In this document: in pieces, positions 9,170-19,087 of the stretch
Layout of the letters: each line of letters starts with the position of its first letter
How positions within the stretch are numbered: the stretch's first letter is position 1
Assembly: GCA_963727525.1 (NCBI GenBank)
Contig: CAVSGO010000006.1
Span: 46,906-110,905 of the forward strand
DNA length: 64,000 nt
Direction of reading: 5' to 3'
Source: an uncultured bacterium
GTDB lineage: Bacteria; Krumholzibacteriota; Krumholzibacteriia; LZORAL124-64-63
Translations under genes and position numbers: made by a program
Notes under the pieces: generated by a model
What the model was told of the DNA's origin: nothing
What the model saw: the letters and a program-made list of their open reading frames with translations, nothing else
The model's database searches: none

Positions 9170-10131
9170 GAACGCGCCTGCGCAACGCCGGCACCCTGGT
9201 CGTCACTCTCCTTGTCGTGACCATGGCCAGCGCCACGCGTGGCGAGGTGGCGGTTCCCTATCTTACCGGCCGCGTCGTCGACACGGCAGAGATCCTGGGT
9301 TCGGACGCCAGGGCACGGGTCACCGAGCACCTGCGTGCCCACGAGGAGCGTAGCGGCGACCAGATCGCAGTGCTCACGATACCCAGCCTCGAGGGCGAGA
9401 GCGTTGAAGACTTCGCCCAGCGGGTCTTCGAGGCATGGCGGCTGGGTCAAGCCGACCGCGATAACGGCGTGTTGATGGTGGTGGCCGCCGCGGATCGTCG
9501 GATGCGCATCCAGGTCGGATATGGCCTGGAGCCCACGCTCACGGATCTCGCCGCGGGGCGCATCATCCGCAACGTCATCACGCCGCCTTTCCGCGAGGGC
9601 GACTACGACGCGGGCGTCGAGGCCGGTGTGGACGCGATCGTCGCTGTTCTCGAAGGACAAGGTGCTCCTGCGGAAGCACCTGTGGCGGAGAGTCATCATG
9701 CGAATTTCCACATGGAAGGCCCCGACCTGTCGGTCATGGAACGCATTCTTTTCGGCGCCTTCATCTTCGGCATCATCGGTCTCTTCACGGTGCTCGGCGT
9801 GCTGATGCCGGGCGGCGGCTGGGCTCTCTACCCCTTCCTCATCCCCTTCTGGGCGACCTTCCCGATCGTCGTCGTCGGCGTGCGCGGGGCCTTCGTGCTG
9901 CTCATCGCCTACCTCGTGCTCTTCCCTGTTGCCAAGATCCTGGTGTCGCGGTCTCCCCGGTACCGGCACGCCCGCCACGCGCTGAAGACGAAGGGTGTCG
10001 CCCATGTCGGAGGTTTCACCTTCGGCGGCGGCGGTAGCGCCGGTTCGCATGGCTCGTGGAGCTCTGGCAGTAGCAGCTTCTCCGGCGGCGGCGGGCATTC
10101 CGGCGGCGGCGGTGCTTCCGGAAGCTGGTGA
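9166..10131 (+). CDS. TPM-domain protein (YgcG-like) with C-terminal TM helices and a Gly/Ser-rich tail
   Basis: ATG overlaps the previous stop (ATGA). Signal peptide, then PYLTGRVVDTAEILGSDARARVTEHLRAHEERSGDQIAVLTIPSLEGESVEDFAQRVFEAWRLGQADRDNGVLMVVAAADRRMRIQVGYGLEPTLTD (classic TPM domain). Three TM helices and a GGGGSAGSHGSWSSGSSSFSGGGGHSGGGGASGSW tail. Confidence 0.85.
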   Translation: MRTRLRNAGTLVVTLLVVTMASATRGEVAVPYLTGRVVDTAEILGSDARARVTEHLRAHEERSGDQIAVLTIPSLEGESVEDFAQRVFEAWRLGQADRDNGVLMVVAAADRRMRIQVGYGLEPTLTDLAAGRIIRNVITPPFREGDYDAGVEAGVDAIVAVLEGQGAPAEAPVAESHHANFHMEGPDLSVMERILFGAFIFGIIGLFTVLGVLMPGGGWALYPFLIPFWATFPIVVVGVRGAFVLLIAYLVLFPVAKILVSRSPRYRHARHALKTKGVAHVGGFTFGGGGSAGSHGSWSSGSSSFSGGGGHSGGGGASGSW

Positions 10132-10155
10132 TCTGCTGCGCTGGCCAGCAGATCC
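10130..10155 (+). terminator. Hairpin GATCTGCTG-cgctggc-CAGCAGATC immediately after the TPM gene stop (no U-tract)
   Basis: 9-bp perfect stem starting at the stop codon of the 9166..10131 gene; lacks a T-run, so intrinsic-terminator status is uncertain. Confidence 0.3.
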
Positions 10156-10337
10156 GGAATAAGTGCTGCAGCACGAGGCGCGGTTTCCGCCCGAACATCC
10201 AGGGATCAACGGAATCGGAGCGAAGTTGAGGCTGCGATGCCAGCAGGCGCGTTTGCGCCAGCGCGAATACCGGAGGATCATGGTGGCAAGGCAGGATGGT
10301 TCGACCTGCCTTCACCCTCGATCCGGAGGCGACGATC

Positions 10338-10790
10338 ATGGCGTTCGTGCACAACATGGCCGAAGACAGTGTCGGCATCGTGTGGATCTATGACGTGAAT
10401 TTCAGCGTGGGGCCCGGCCGCCGCAACCATCAGGCCGATGTCCAGCTCGTGCAGCACGGGCTCAACACGCTGCTGGCCCCGCTGGTCATCCCCGGCAAGA
10501 ACGGGTTGCCCATCAAGAACTACCTGAAGCGCGATGGTATCTACGGACGGAAGACGTCCGAGGCGATTCACGGATTCCAGAAACGGTTGCAACAGCTCGG
10601 CCTGTTCGTTGCTTCCGACGGGATCGTGAGTCCGTCCAGCCCGTCGGGCTGGAACAAGGACGGCTCCCGACAATACACCATCGTCTATCTCAACCGCATG
10701 CACCGCGATATCTATGGCACGATGATGGACGAAGAGCAGTTCCCGGAGCCGTTGAAGTCCAACGTGAAAGCGAATGCCGTCGTTGGATGA
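10338..10790 (+). CDS. Hypothetical protein with a peptidoglycan-binding-like (PG_binding_1-type) segment; locally lower GC
   Basis: ATG 10338 with GGAGG 8 nt upstream (ORF 10296..10790). DGIYGRKTSEAIHGFQKRLQQLGLFVASDGIV fits the DG.fG..T..AV..FQ...GL..DGivg PG-binding pattern. No signal peptide. Codon usage is less GC-biased than its neighbours. Confidence 0.6.
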   Translation: MAFVHNMAEDSVGIVWIYDVNFSVGPGRRNHQADVQLVQHGLNTLLAPLVIPGKNGLPIKNYLKRDGIYGRKTSEAIHGFQKRLQQLGLFVASDGIVSPSSPSGWNKDGSRQYTIVYLNRMHRDIYGTMMDEEQFPEPLKSNVKANAVVG

Positions 10791-10821
10791 CAGATGGTGA
10801 CTCGATTCGTCGCGGGCGCGA

Positions 10822-11463
10822 TCAGCGCCGATCCAGCGCCAGCCGCAGGCCGAGTCCCACGAGGACCAACCCGCATACCGCTTCCAGGCGACGACGCACC
10901 GCCGACCGCATGAGCTGGCGGCGGGCGGCGTCGGCCAGGAACGAGACGCCGGTGAGCCAGACGAGGCCCTCGGCGCCGTGGATAGCGGCCAGCAGGAGCG
11001 ACTTGCGCAGGACCGGGTCGCCGGGGCTGATGAACTGGGGCAGGAAGGCAAGGTAGAAGACGGCGACCTTCGGGTTCAGAACGTTGCAGAGAAAACCGTC
11101 GAGCAGGCATCGTCCGGTGGCTGTGGGCATCGGGACCGGCCCGTCCGGCGTCATGGCGGCGCCGTGGCGCTGACCACGGAAGGCTTCCCACAGGGACCGT
11201 GCGCCGAGCCAGACCAGGTAGCAAGCTCCCGCGAGCTTGACGGCGCCGAACAGCTCGGCCGAGCGGGTCAGGATCACGGAGACGCCGATGGCCGACAGGG
11301 TGGCGTGGACGAAGAGGCCGGCACAGATACCCCACATGGTGGCCAGTCCGTCGCGGCGACCGCCGCGCAGCACGCTGCGCAGGACGAGCATGGTGTCGGC
11401 GCCCGGCGTGATCGTCAGCACGCCGGCGACGAGGGTGAAGGCGAGGACCTGGGAGTCGAACAT
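10822..11463 (-). CDS. LysE/RhtB-family amino-acid exporter (213 aa)
   Basis: Start trimmed to ATG 11463 (MFDSQVLAFTLVAGVLTITPGADTMLVL...) with GGAAGG RBS; six-TM hydrophobic profile typical of LysE/RhtB translocators. Confidence 0.8.
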   Translation of the reverse strand: MFDSQVLAFTLVAGVLTITPGADTMLVLRSVLRGGRRDGLATMWGICAGLFVHATLSAIGVSVILTRSAELFGAVKLAGACYLVWLGARSLWEAFRGQRHGAAMTPDGPVPMPTATGRCLLDGFLCNVLNPKVAVFYLAFLPQFISPGDPVLRKSLLLAAIHGAEGLVWLTGVSFLADAARRQLMRSAVRRRLEAVCGLVLVGLGLRLALDRR

Positions 11464-11480
11464 CGCGAGGCCTTCCGTGT

Positions 11481-13718
11481 TCACACCTGGAACAGATACT
11501 GCAGCTTGAGAAAGTAGCTCCGTTCCGATAGCCGCCAGCCCGGCTGCGGCAACTCCGTCTCGCCGTAACCCCGGTAGTCCCGCGTGGACCCCACGTAGAA
11601 GATCGAGAACGGGTTGATGCGGTACGTGATCAGCGGATCCACTTCCCACAGGCGATCGAAGTCGTCGTACTGCAGCACGAGGCGTAGCGACAGCTCGCGG
11701 GTCAACTGCATGCCGAGGCGGGTGCGGGCGACCCAGCCGGAGAAGAGGGCCTCGCCGGTGCCGCGGTCGACGCTTCGCGTGAAGTCATAGGACGATTCCA
11801 GGATCAGGCGGTCCCAGGGCTTGAGGTTGAGCCACAGGCTCGTGCTGTTCTGACGACCGAGCACGAGGGCGGTGCGGGCGATGCGATGGCCGTGGGCGAG
11901 GTTGATGCCGCCGGAGACGGCGGAACTGGGCTTGGCCTCGATGTTGATGGAGGCCTGCCAGATGTCGTCGAACTGGATGTCGTGGAACAGCTCGTTGCTG
12001 TAGAGGACGTCGAGATTGATCTGGGTCTGGGCCCAGGCGAGGCGCAGGTAGAGGTGGGGATCGATCCACTCGTCCTTCTTCGTGCCGGCGAAGTTCCAGA
12101 CGCGGGCCACGTTGATCTGCGGTTGGACGCGGTCGACGAAGCCGTCGGTGTAGAACGTGTAACCCGTCCACACGCTCGTCTCGTGACGATCGTTCCGGGG
12201 CTCGAAACCGTTCTCGGCGCGGAAAGTGGGGCTGCGGCGCCAGTAGTCGAAGTCGAAGTCCCAGTGGCGAGCGCTGCGCTCGAGGCTGGCGTAGAGGCCG
12301 TGGCCCCAGAAGCGCTCGCCGTCGAAGGCGGCGGTGTGGGCGCCGCGGTCGAAGGTGAGGTCGTTGATGCCCGCGGTGAGCGTGGTGTCGTTCGGCTCGG
12401 CGGTGTGGGTGGCGAGGGCCTGCACCTCGATCTGCCAGTTGCGGTCGAGGCGCTGGCGCCAGTCGACGCCCATGAGCGAGCCGGAGCCGCCGTCGTCGTG
12501 GCGGCGATCGGTGATGACGAGGCCCACGTGGGAACCATCGCCGAGGCTGTGCTGGTAGCGTGCAAGGGTCGAGGTGCTCTTGCGGCCGGCGACGAAGACG
12601 CTGCGCTCGGCGAAGGGCAGGATGAAGGGCGAGTGCTCGTCGCGCGCCACGAGCACGGCGAGGTTATCGGCGCCGGGGCGCCCCACGAGCTTGGCGGCGA
12701 AGAGGGGGTCGTTGATCGTGCGCGTGTAGACGGTGGTGAACCAGCTTGCGAAGAGGTCGCTGCCCTCCTGGAAGAAGGGCCGCTTCTCGGAGTAGTACAG
12801 CGCGAAGGTGGAGTTGACGTCGATCTGCGCGGCGTCCGACTCCACCTGGCTGAAGTCGGGGTTGAGCGTGGCCTCGGCCGAGAGCGTGGAGCTGAGGTTG
12901 TCACGGACGCTGAGGCCGGCCTGGGCCGTGACGGCACCGTGGTCGAAGGCGCCGTCGTCCTGACGATGGGAGGCCTGCGTGGTGACCACCGAGGGCAACA
13001 CGGCGAGTCCCCTGCCTGGTTGCACGCCCGAGATGCCGCGCACCGTGCCCCACTTGCAGGGCCAGCACGGCTCGTCGCGATCGTAGGCGGCCCAGGAGTA
13101 CTGCTCGCGTACCTCGCGGGGACGGTTGCGCCAGAAGTCGACGCGCCACACCTGGTCGGTGGTGTCGGGGAAGCGCAGGCTGTTCCAGGGGATGGCCATC
13201 TCCACCTGCCAGCCGTCTGCCGTGATGCGGGAAGCGGTGGCGAAGACGAGGTCGTAGGTCAGGTCCTCGTCGCCGTTGAGCGACCAGAGCAGATCGCCCT
13301 GGATGCCGTAGGGGTTGGCGGCGATCTCGTAGGCCTGCGCCTGCTTCCCGAAGGTGTCGAGGCAGAGGATGACGTAGTCGTCGCTCCAGATACGGTCGCG
13401 CTCGGTGAAGCTGGCGCGTAGCTCGGTCGGGTCGTCGTGGCAGACGAAGGCGGCGTAGAGGTAGGTGTCGTCGTAGGTGAGCCAGGCTTCGGTGGCGACC
13501 GGCGGCTCCACCTGATCGCCCGGGTTGTGCTCGGCGAAGTTGTCGGCGCGGCCCGCGTATCGCCAGCCGGGATCGCCGAGATCGCCGTCGACGACGATGG
13601 CGGACGGCGTGCGCTGCACGGTGAGTTCGGGGTGGTAGACGGGGGTGAAGGCGCGCGCGCTGGCGGCACCGAGCACGACACCGAGCGTGGCGGCGAAAAG
13701 AAGGGCGCGGTGGGGCAT
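11481..13718 (-). CDS. Outer-membrane protein with an N-terminal CBM9-like carbohydrate-binding module and a DUF5916 beta-barrel (745 aa)
   Basis: Start trimmed to ATG 13718 (MPHRALLFAATLGVVLGAASARA signal peptide) with AGGACGA RBS. VVDGDLGDPGWRYAGRADNFAEHNPGDQ...TYLYAAFVCHDD (CBM9-like), then a long alternating-hydrophobic beta-barrel ending ...LKLQYLFQV. Confidence 0.75.
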   Translation of the reverse strand: MPHRALLFAATLGVVLGAASARAFTPVYHPELTVQRTPSAIVVDGDLGDPGWRYAGRADNFAEHNPGDQVEPPVATEAWLTYDDTYLYAAFVCHDDPTELRASFTERDRIWSDDYVILCLDTFGKQAQAYEIAANPYGIQGDLLWSLNGDEDLTYDLVFATASRITADGWQVEMAIPWNSLRFPDTTDQVWRVDFWRNRPREVREQYSWAAYDRDEPCWPCKWGTVRGISGVQPGRGLAVLPSVVTTQASHRQDDGAFDHGAVTAQAGLSVRDNLSSTLSAEATLNPDFSQVESDAAQIDVNSTFALYYSEKRPFFQEGSDLFASWFTTVYTRTINDPLFAAKLVGRPGADNLAVLVARDEHSPFILPFAERSVFVAGRKSTSTLARYQHSLGDGSHVGLVITDRRHDDGGSGSLMGVDWRQRLDRNWQIEVQALATHTAEPNDTTLTAGINDLTFDRGAHTAAFDGERFWGHGLYASLERSARHWDFDFDYWRRSPTFRAENGFEPRNDRHETSVWTGYTFYTDGFVDRVQPQINVARVWNFAGTKKDEWIDPHLYLRLAWAQTQINLDVLYSNELFHDIQFDDIWQASINIEAKPSSAVSGGINLAHGHRIARTALVLGRQNSTSLWLNLKPWDRLILESSYDFTRSVDRGTGEALFSGWVARTRLGMQLTRELSLRLVLQYDDFDRLWEVDPLITYRINPFSIFYVGSTRDYRGYGETELPQPGWRLSERSYFLKLQYLFQV

Positions 13719-13867
13719 CGCGGGTCGTCCTGATCCGGTGTGTGCGGCCGCGCCCGGGGGGCAGACGCGTCCGGTGACCGAACTCCTACGGGCGACCGGC
13801 CGGCGAGGTTTCATCGCGTCGTGGTCGTCGTCGCGACTGGGCTTGCGCCGGCCCGGAATGCCGACGT

Positions 13868-15619
13868 CTATCGCACCTTCACCACCCGTCCCGTCGCGGT
13901 CTCGACACCCGCGGTGAGCCGGTAAAGGTAGACGCCGCTCGCCATCGTGGTGCCGGCACCATTGCGGCCGTCCCAGACGAGCGTGTGCGAGCCCGCGGCG
14001 CCGTCATTCGCGACGAGTGTGCGCACGCGGCGGCCGGCGAGGTCGAAGATGTCGAGGCGGGCGGCGCCGTCGCGCGGCTGGGCGAAGCGGATCGTCGTGG
14101 TGCCGCTGAAGGGCGTCACCGCGCCGAGGAGGCGCAGGCCGCTCTTGCCGGCCACGTCGGGGGCTGGCGTGAGGGTCAGCAGCTGGCCTACGGCGGCGCC
14201 AAGGTCGGGGCGCGGGCCGATCAACTTCACCGTGTCGAGGGCGGGGATGCCCGTGTCGTGCAGGAGCGCGCGCAGCATGGCTGGCGTGAGGGCCTGGCCG
14301 AGGTTGGCCTTGGCGATGCCCTGCAGGCAGAGGGCGCTGCCGGTGATCATGGGCGATGCTCCGGAGGTGCCGCCAAAATCACTGGTGTAGCGCGTGCGCT
14401 CGGAGCCGGCCGTGTAGAGGTCGCCGTAGCCGGTGGTGACGATCGCCGAGCCCCATGCGTGTACGTCCATGCGGCTGCCATAGTTGGTGAACCACTCGGC
14501 CACGCGGCCCGTCGGTGTGCCGGCGCCCACCATGATGGCGCCCGAGTCGCGAACGTTGCGATCGAAGACGCCGTTCCAGGTGGGAGCGTCGAGGTCCTGG
14601 GACCCATTGGCGCCGGCCTCGACGCAGACCACGCCCTGCGACCAGCAGCCGGTCCAGATGACGTCGTAGTTCACCTGGAGCCACTCCATGGGCGTGGCGT
14701 CGCGGCTGGGCGGGAACATCTGCAGCTCGATGAGCCACACGTCGCCCGGTTGCAACTGGTCGACGGCTTCCTGGAAGTAGCTCGGCAGGGTGGGCCACTC
14801 GGCCCCGGGGATGCCGACGGTGCCCCACGCGACGTCGCCCGCGAAGCCGGTGACGCCGAAGCCGTTGTCCTGGGCGAGAATCTCGCCGAGCACCGCCGTA
14901 CCGTGGTCGCGGTAGCCTTCGATGTCGTTGCTGAAGCCGCCCTGATAGAACTGGCGCAGCGTGTCGAAATCCTCGTGGTCCCACACCCAGTCGAGTTCCA
15001 CGTCGACGAAGTGCATGCCCGCGCCGTGGCCGCCGGCCTGGGCCCAGGCGGCCGGAGCGGCCAGGCCCACGGGCGGATCATAGAGGTAGTCCTGCTGGCC
15101 CGTGAAATCGGGCGTGGGCAGCCACGCCGGCAGGAGGGGCTCCGCCACGGGGGCGATGACGGCGGGCTCGCACACCGGTGCCGGGTGCGCGATCTCCACC
15201 GCAGGCAACGCGTTGAGGGCGTTGATCACGTCGGCCAGGTGGGCGCGGCCGGTGGGAAGCTGCACGTCGTACCAGAGAGAGAGGTCGGGGCCGGTCTGGC
15301 CGCTGGCCAGTTCGCCCGCGTGCTTGCGCGCGCGCAGCACGTCAGGATCGCCGGCGAAGGTGCGACGCATGATGAGAGCATCGGCGAGGATATCGTTCAC
15401 GTTGGAGAGATCACGCCCGGCCGTGTCGGCGAAGCGTCCGCTCGCGAGCGACACGCGGGAGCCCTCTACGAATTTCAGGTGGAGCCAGGCGGGGTCGAAG
15501 CGGTCGAGGCCGGCGGTCGTCCAGGTGACGACGGGGCCGACGGGGCGGGTGGCCGTATCGAGAGCCGCGGCGGGCAAGGCCACGAGCAGGGCGAGGGCGA
15601 GAAGCCAGGGATAGCGCAT
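13868..15619 (-). CDS. Secreted subtilisin-like S8 serine peptidase with a C-terminal FlgD-Ig-like/T9SS-like sorting domain (583 aa)
   Basis: Start trimmed to ATG 15619 (MRYPWLLALALLVALPAAA) with GGAGG RBS. Catalytic-triad contexts DHGTAVLGEI and FGGTSGASPMITG. C-terminus ...FSGTTTIRFAQPRDGAARLDIFDLAGRRVRTLV...SGVYLYRLTAGVETATGRVVKVR. Confidence 0.85.
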   Translation of the reverse strand: MRYPWLLALALLVALPAAALDTATRPVGPVVTWTTAGLDRFDPAWLHLKFVEGSRVSLASGRFADTAGRDLSNVNDILADALIMRRTFAGDPDVLRARKHAGELASGQTGPDLSLWYDVQLPTGRAHLADVINALNALPAVEIAHPAPVCEPAVIAPVAEPLLPAWLPTPDFTGQQDYLYDPPVGLAAPAAWAQAGGHGAGMHFVDVELDWVWDHEDFDTLRQFYQGGFSNDIEGYRDHGTAVLGEILAQDNGFGVTGFAGDVAWGTVGIPGAEWPTLPSYFQEAVDQLQPGDVWLIELQMFPPSRDATPMEWLQVNYDVIWTGCWSQGVVCVEAGANGSQDLDAPTWNGVFDRNVRDSGAIMVGAGTPTGRVAEWFTNYGSRMDVHAWGSAIVTTGYGDLYTAGSERTRYTSDFGGTSGASPMITGSALCLQGIAKANLGQALTPAMLRALLHDTGIPALDTVKLIGPRPDLGAAVGQLLTLTPAPDVAGKSGLRLLGAVTPFSGTTTIRFAQPRDGAARLDIFDLAGRRVRTLVANDGAAGSHTLVWDGRNGAGTTMASGVYLYRLTAGVETATGRVVKVR

Positions 15620-15812
15620 CGTGAGCCTCCGGTTCGGGGGGCGGGGGGCAGGCATCGCGCCGGGATTATACCACGACGCGCGCCAGGTGCGCGAAGGAAA
15701 CGAGACGAGGAAGGCATGCGATACGGTGAACACGGCGGACCTGGCCGGTCGTGGTGCCGGCGTCATCGCCGTCGACCTGCAGGTCACGGCGGTGCGCAGG
15801 ATAGCGAATGGG

Positions 15813-16835
15813 CTACCCGATTTGCCCGCTGGCGTGGAGCTGTGCCGCCACACGGTAGAACGTGAAGGACGAGCACGTGGTGCCGCCGCAGACCTCGTCG
15901 AGCAGTCGGTCCTGCTTCAGGGCCACGAGGATGGCCTTGGCGATGTCGAGCGTGCAATCGTCGTCCCACTTCAGCTTCTTGGTCATGGCGCCATAGACCT
16001 TGGTGTCTGCCTGGAGCTGGTGCTTGATCTCGGCCAGTTCGTCGGCGCGGCGCATGGCCTCCATCATGAGGTGCACGGTGGGAACGGCGATCTCGACGGC
16101 GCTCACGGAATCAGGGTCCGACTCGGCCTGACTGCGGAAATAGAACTCTCCGTCGTCGCGGTGCAGGAAGATCTCGTGGAAAGCCTCCTCGCCCTCGAGT
16201 CCGGCGCAGCGGGCGCGATCGACCTGGCCGCCACGCAGCAGCACCTGGGCGAAGATCTCCTGCGTATCGTTCACCATGGCGAGGAGGCCGGTCTGGCCGG
16301 AATTGATGAGCGTCTGCACGACCGTGGGCATGTCGAAGTAACGGAGCTTGCCCGTCAGCTCGCGCCGTCGCGCCTGGCGCCGCATGTGGGTGATCATGTC
16401 CTGCAGACGCCGCGCGAACATGCGGGTCAGCTCCATGCCGTAGTCCGGAATGTCGCGCGCGAGCTGGTCGAACTGGGCGCGCGTGAGCGACCACACCCGG
16501 GCGTACTCGGGCACGCGACCGTCGGAACGGCGCGGGCTGCCGGTGAACAGGGCCATGTCGCCGATCAGCTCGCCGGGCGTGATGTAGGCCACCGGGACGG
16601 GCTCGGGACTCTCGGCGGTCGAACGTACGATCTCGATGGCGCCGTCGAGCAGCAGGTGCACGCAATCCGACGCTTCGCGGGTACGGAACAGGTACTCGCC
16701 CCGCTGGTACTCCTGGATCTGTCCCGCCGCGGCCGTTTCGCGGACCATGGCCTCGGACAGCATCTCGAACAGTTCGGTATTGCGAAGGGCATCAATGATT
16801 TCCTGGAGTTCGCAGGTCACGGTCTTCATCGCCAT
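15813..16835 (-). CDS. Cyclic-nucleotide-binding domain protein fused to a DUF4388 domain (probable start at the second ATG, 16829)
   Basis: cNMP-binding fold (ELFEMLSEAMVRETAAAGQIQEYQRGEYLFRTREASDCVHLLLDGAIEIVR...GELIGDMALF) followed by TVVQTLINSGQTGLLAMVNDTQEIFAQVLLRGGQV (DUF4388-like). A GAGGAG RBS sits 7 nt before the second ATG. Confidence 0.8.
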   Translation of the reverse strand: MAMKTVTCELQEIIDALRNTELFEMLSEAMVRETAAAGQIQEYQRGEYLFRTREASDCVHLLLDGAIEIVRSTAESPEPVPVAYITPGELIGDMALFTGSPRRSDGRVPEYARVWSLTRAQFDQLARDIPDYGMELTRMFARRLQDMITHMRRQARRRELTGKLRYFDMPTVVQTLINSGQTGLLAMVNDTQEIFAQVLLRGGQVDRARCAGLEGEEAFHEIFLHRDDGEFYFRSQAESDPDSVSAVEIAVPTVHLMMEAMRRADELAEIKHQLQADTKVYGAMTKKLKWDDDCTLDIAKAILVALKQDRLLDEVCGGTTCSSFTFYRVAAQLHASGQIG

Positions 16836-17098
16836 ACTCCTCTGCCATGACGTCGGATCCGCCCGCGGGGCGATCGGTTGTGCCGTATGTCCGCCCGGTC
16901 AGGTTCGGCAGCTCGTACGGGCATGTTAGGAATATCGAGCGCGATGGAAACCTCAGTAAGCAATGCCTTTACTCGATTTTCACTAAGGTCCGACGTCGAG
17001 TAGCCGATCGCTGAGGTCATGATTAGCCCGGGGGGCTGGGAGAGGCAGCAGATCGTTATGCCATACGCGCGGGATCTCGAAGCCATGTCGGTGCTGTG

Positions 17099-19087
17099 AT
17101 GGGGACTCCGTCCACCAGCACCCACGAACTCTCGACCGCCGTCGATCCCCAGGCGGCAGCCGACCTCATGGCCGCGATCGAGCGCGTGTTCAAGATCGGT
17201 GTCTATTACCCATCCGGTCACGCCCTCTGCGACCAGGCGGCCGACGTGTTTCTCACCGCGCTGGGCCGTGTGGTCGGCAAGGCGCCCACGTTGCGATTCA
17301 AGCTGAGCCAGGATGTCCTCACCGTGCAGGGGTTCGAACTGGACCCGACGCTCCGCGGCGTGCAGGGCTTCCGCGACCTCCTGAAGGAACTGGGCGTGGC
17401 GGCGGTCGACGTCGACAGCACCGTGGATGCGGCCGACCTGCACGTCTTCGTCACGCAGCTCCTCGCCTATCGCAATCGCGTGAAGGGCACCCATTCCTTC
17501 CAGCAGGTGGTCGTGGAGGGCATGCCGCCCACCATCGGCGTGGAGCATCTCGAATTCATCGCGCGCGAGGTCTACGGCGACGAGAATACCGAGGGCGGCG
17601 ACCCTTCGAACCCCAGCGTCGAGGCGTTGCTCGCCACGCTCGCCCGGCATGGACTCGGTCCCGAGGAGATCGATCGCTGCCGCCGCCTGCTGGAATCCAT
17701 CCCTGGGTACCTCGAGAACCGTGAGGGCGGCGGTGGGGCGCTCCCGCACGTGACCTGGGCCGACGTGGAGGCGCTGCTGGTGCGGGCGGCGCGAGAGCCG
17801 ATCGACCCCGAGAGGTCCGGGGCGACCGGACGGCGCTCGTCGCACGCGAGTCTGGACGCGCTGGCCGCGATCTTCGAGGCCCTGGGCAAGCGCGTGAAGA
17901 CATCGGGATCGCGCGAGGCCATCGACCTGTTGCTCTCGATCTCGCGACGCGACGAGGCGGCGACCGACGCGAACGCCAGCGAGAACGCGCCTTCGCCGGC
18001 GTCGCCCACGCCGCCGCCGAAACCGGCGCCGCCGCGTGAGGCGCAGGAGGCGCCGCTGAGCGCGCTGTACGATCAACTCGCCGCGTGCCGTGCGGCTGCG
18101 CCCGGGACGCCGACGCTGGCAACCGCCAATCGCTGCGAGGACCTCACGATCCTGTTCCAGATGTTCACACGGGATCAGACGCCGCAGGCCCAGCTGCGGA
18201 TCCAGAAGAGGATCCGCGACATCCTGCGCACGCCCCTGCAATCGTCGGAGTGGGACGTCGTGGTCGCCGGTACGCGCCAGCTCGTGGAGCTGGACGACCG
18301 GGAACACCTCACCGGGCCGCTGCGCATGGTGCTCGAGGCGCTGCGCGCCTCGGAATTCGCTTCGACATTGCGATACCTCGCCGACATCGGCCGCGGCCTC
18401 ACGCCCGAACGATTCATGGTGGTGTGGCCCCACCTCGTCAACGAATTGCTCATCGGAGGCCCCGGCGCCGATCCCGAAGTCTTCGCCGAGGTTGGCGCCA
18501 TGGTTTGCCGCCCGACGCATGCGGACATGGAGACGGCGTTGCCGATGCTGGAGTCGCTGGACGCGTTGCGGGATCGTCGCTGCGCGCGTGCGCTCTTCTC
18601 GCCGCCGCCGGTGGAACTGTATCCGGTGTTCGCGGCGCTGCTGCAGTCGCCACATGCCCCGTTCATCGGCAATCTTCTGCTCAGTGGCATGCGTTTCCGA
18701 CCGCTCAACTGGTTGAGCGAATCGGTGCTACCCTTGCTCGGACATTTCCAGCCGCAACATCGGCGATTCCTGGTCGACCTGCTCAATCTCGGCGCCCTCG
18801 ATACGCCGCCCCGCAGCACGGCCGAGATGGCCGGCAAGATCATCGCCGTTGCCCTGCCGCAGCTTCCGCGCTCGCGTCGCAACGAACCGTGGGTGGCGAC
18901 GTCGGTGCGCGCACTCGGAAAGCTCCCGACGCCCCGCGCCGGTCGAGTACTGCGTCAGATCGTCCGGGCCAGGCGGCTCTGGCTGATCCCGGAATGGCCG
19001 GATGCCGCGCGGCAAGCGGCGCGCCAGACGCTCGACCGTTTCCACGCGCTGACTGACGACGAGATCGATGAGACACCGAAAGAGTGA
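17099..19087 (+). CDS. Hypothetical 662-aa protein (no recognisable domain), immediately upstream of and co-directional with the HD-GYP gene
   Basis: Protein-like composition on the + strand, whereas the overlapping 609-aa reverse ORF is Arg-rich junk. Contains a Pro/Ala-rich linker (ENAPSPASPTPPPKPAPPREAQEAP). Stop codon abuts the next gene's start. Confidence 0.7.
   Translation: MGTPSTSTHELSTAVDPQAAADLMAAIERVFKIGVYYPSGHALCDQAADVFLTALGRVVGKAPTLRFKLSQDVLTVQGFELDPTLRGVQGFRDLLKELGVAAVDVDSTVDAADLHVFVTQLLAYRNRVKGTHSFQQVVVEGMPPTIGVEHLEFIAREVYGDENTEGGDPSNPSVEALLATLARHGLGPEEIDRCRRLLESIPGYLENREGGGGALPHVTWADVEALLVRAAREPIDPERSGATGRRSSHASLDALAAIFEALGKRVKTSGSREAIDLLLSISRRDEAATDANASENAPSPASPTPPPKPAPPREAQEAPLSALYDQLAACRAAAPGTPTLATANRCEDLTILFQMFTRDQTPQAQLRIQKRIRDILRTPLQSSEWDVVVAGTRQLVELDDREHLTGPLRMVLEALRASEFASTLRYLADIGRGLTPERFMVVWPHLVNELLIGGPGADPEVFAEVGAMVCRPTHADMETALPMLESLDALRDRRCARALFSPPPVELYPVFAALLQSPHAPFIGNLLLSGMRFRPLNWLSESVLPLLGHFQPQHRRFLVDLLNLGALDTPPRSTAEMAGKIIAVALPQLPRSRRNEPWVATSVRALGKLPTPRAGRVLRQIVRARRLWLIPEWPDAARQAARQTLDRFHALTDDEIDETPKE

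Noticed and set aside
8620-10281. 553-aa minus-strand ORF
   Set aside because: Antisense to the two TPM-domain genes.
11886-15865. 511-aa and 626-aa + strand ORFs (11886..13421, 13985..15865)
   Set aside because: Antisense to the CBM9-DUF5916 and S8 peptidase genes.
16826-18655. 609-aa minus-strand ORF
   Set aside because: Arg/His-rich junk antisense to the protein-like 662-aa + strand gene.
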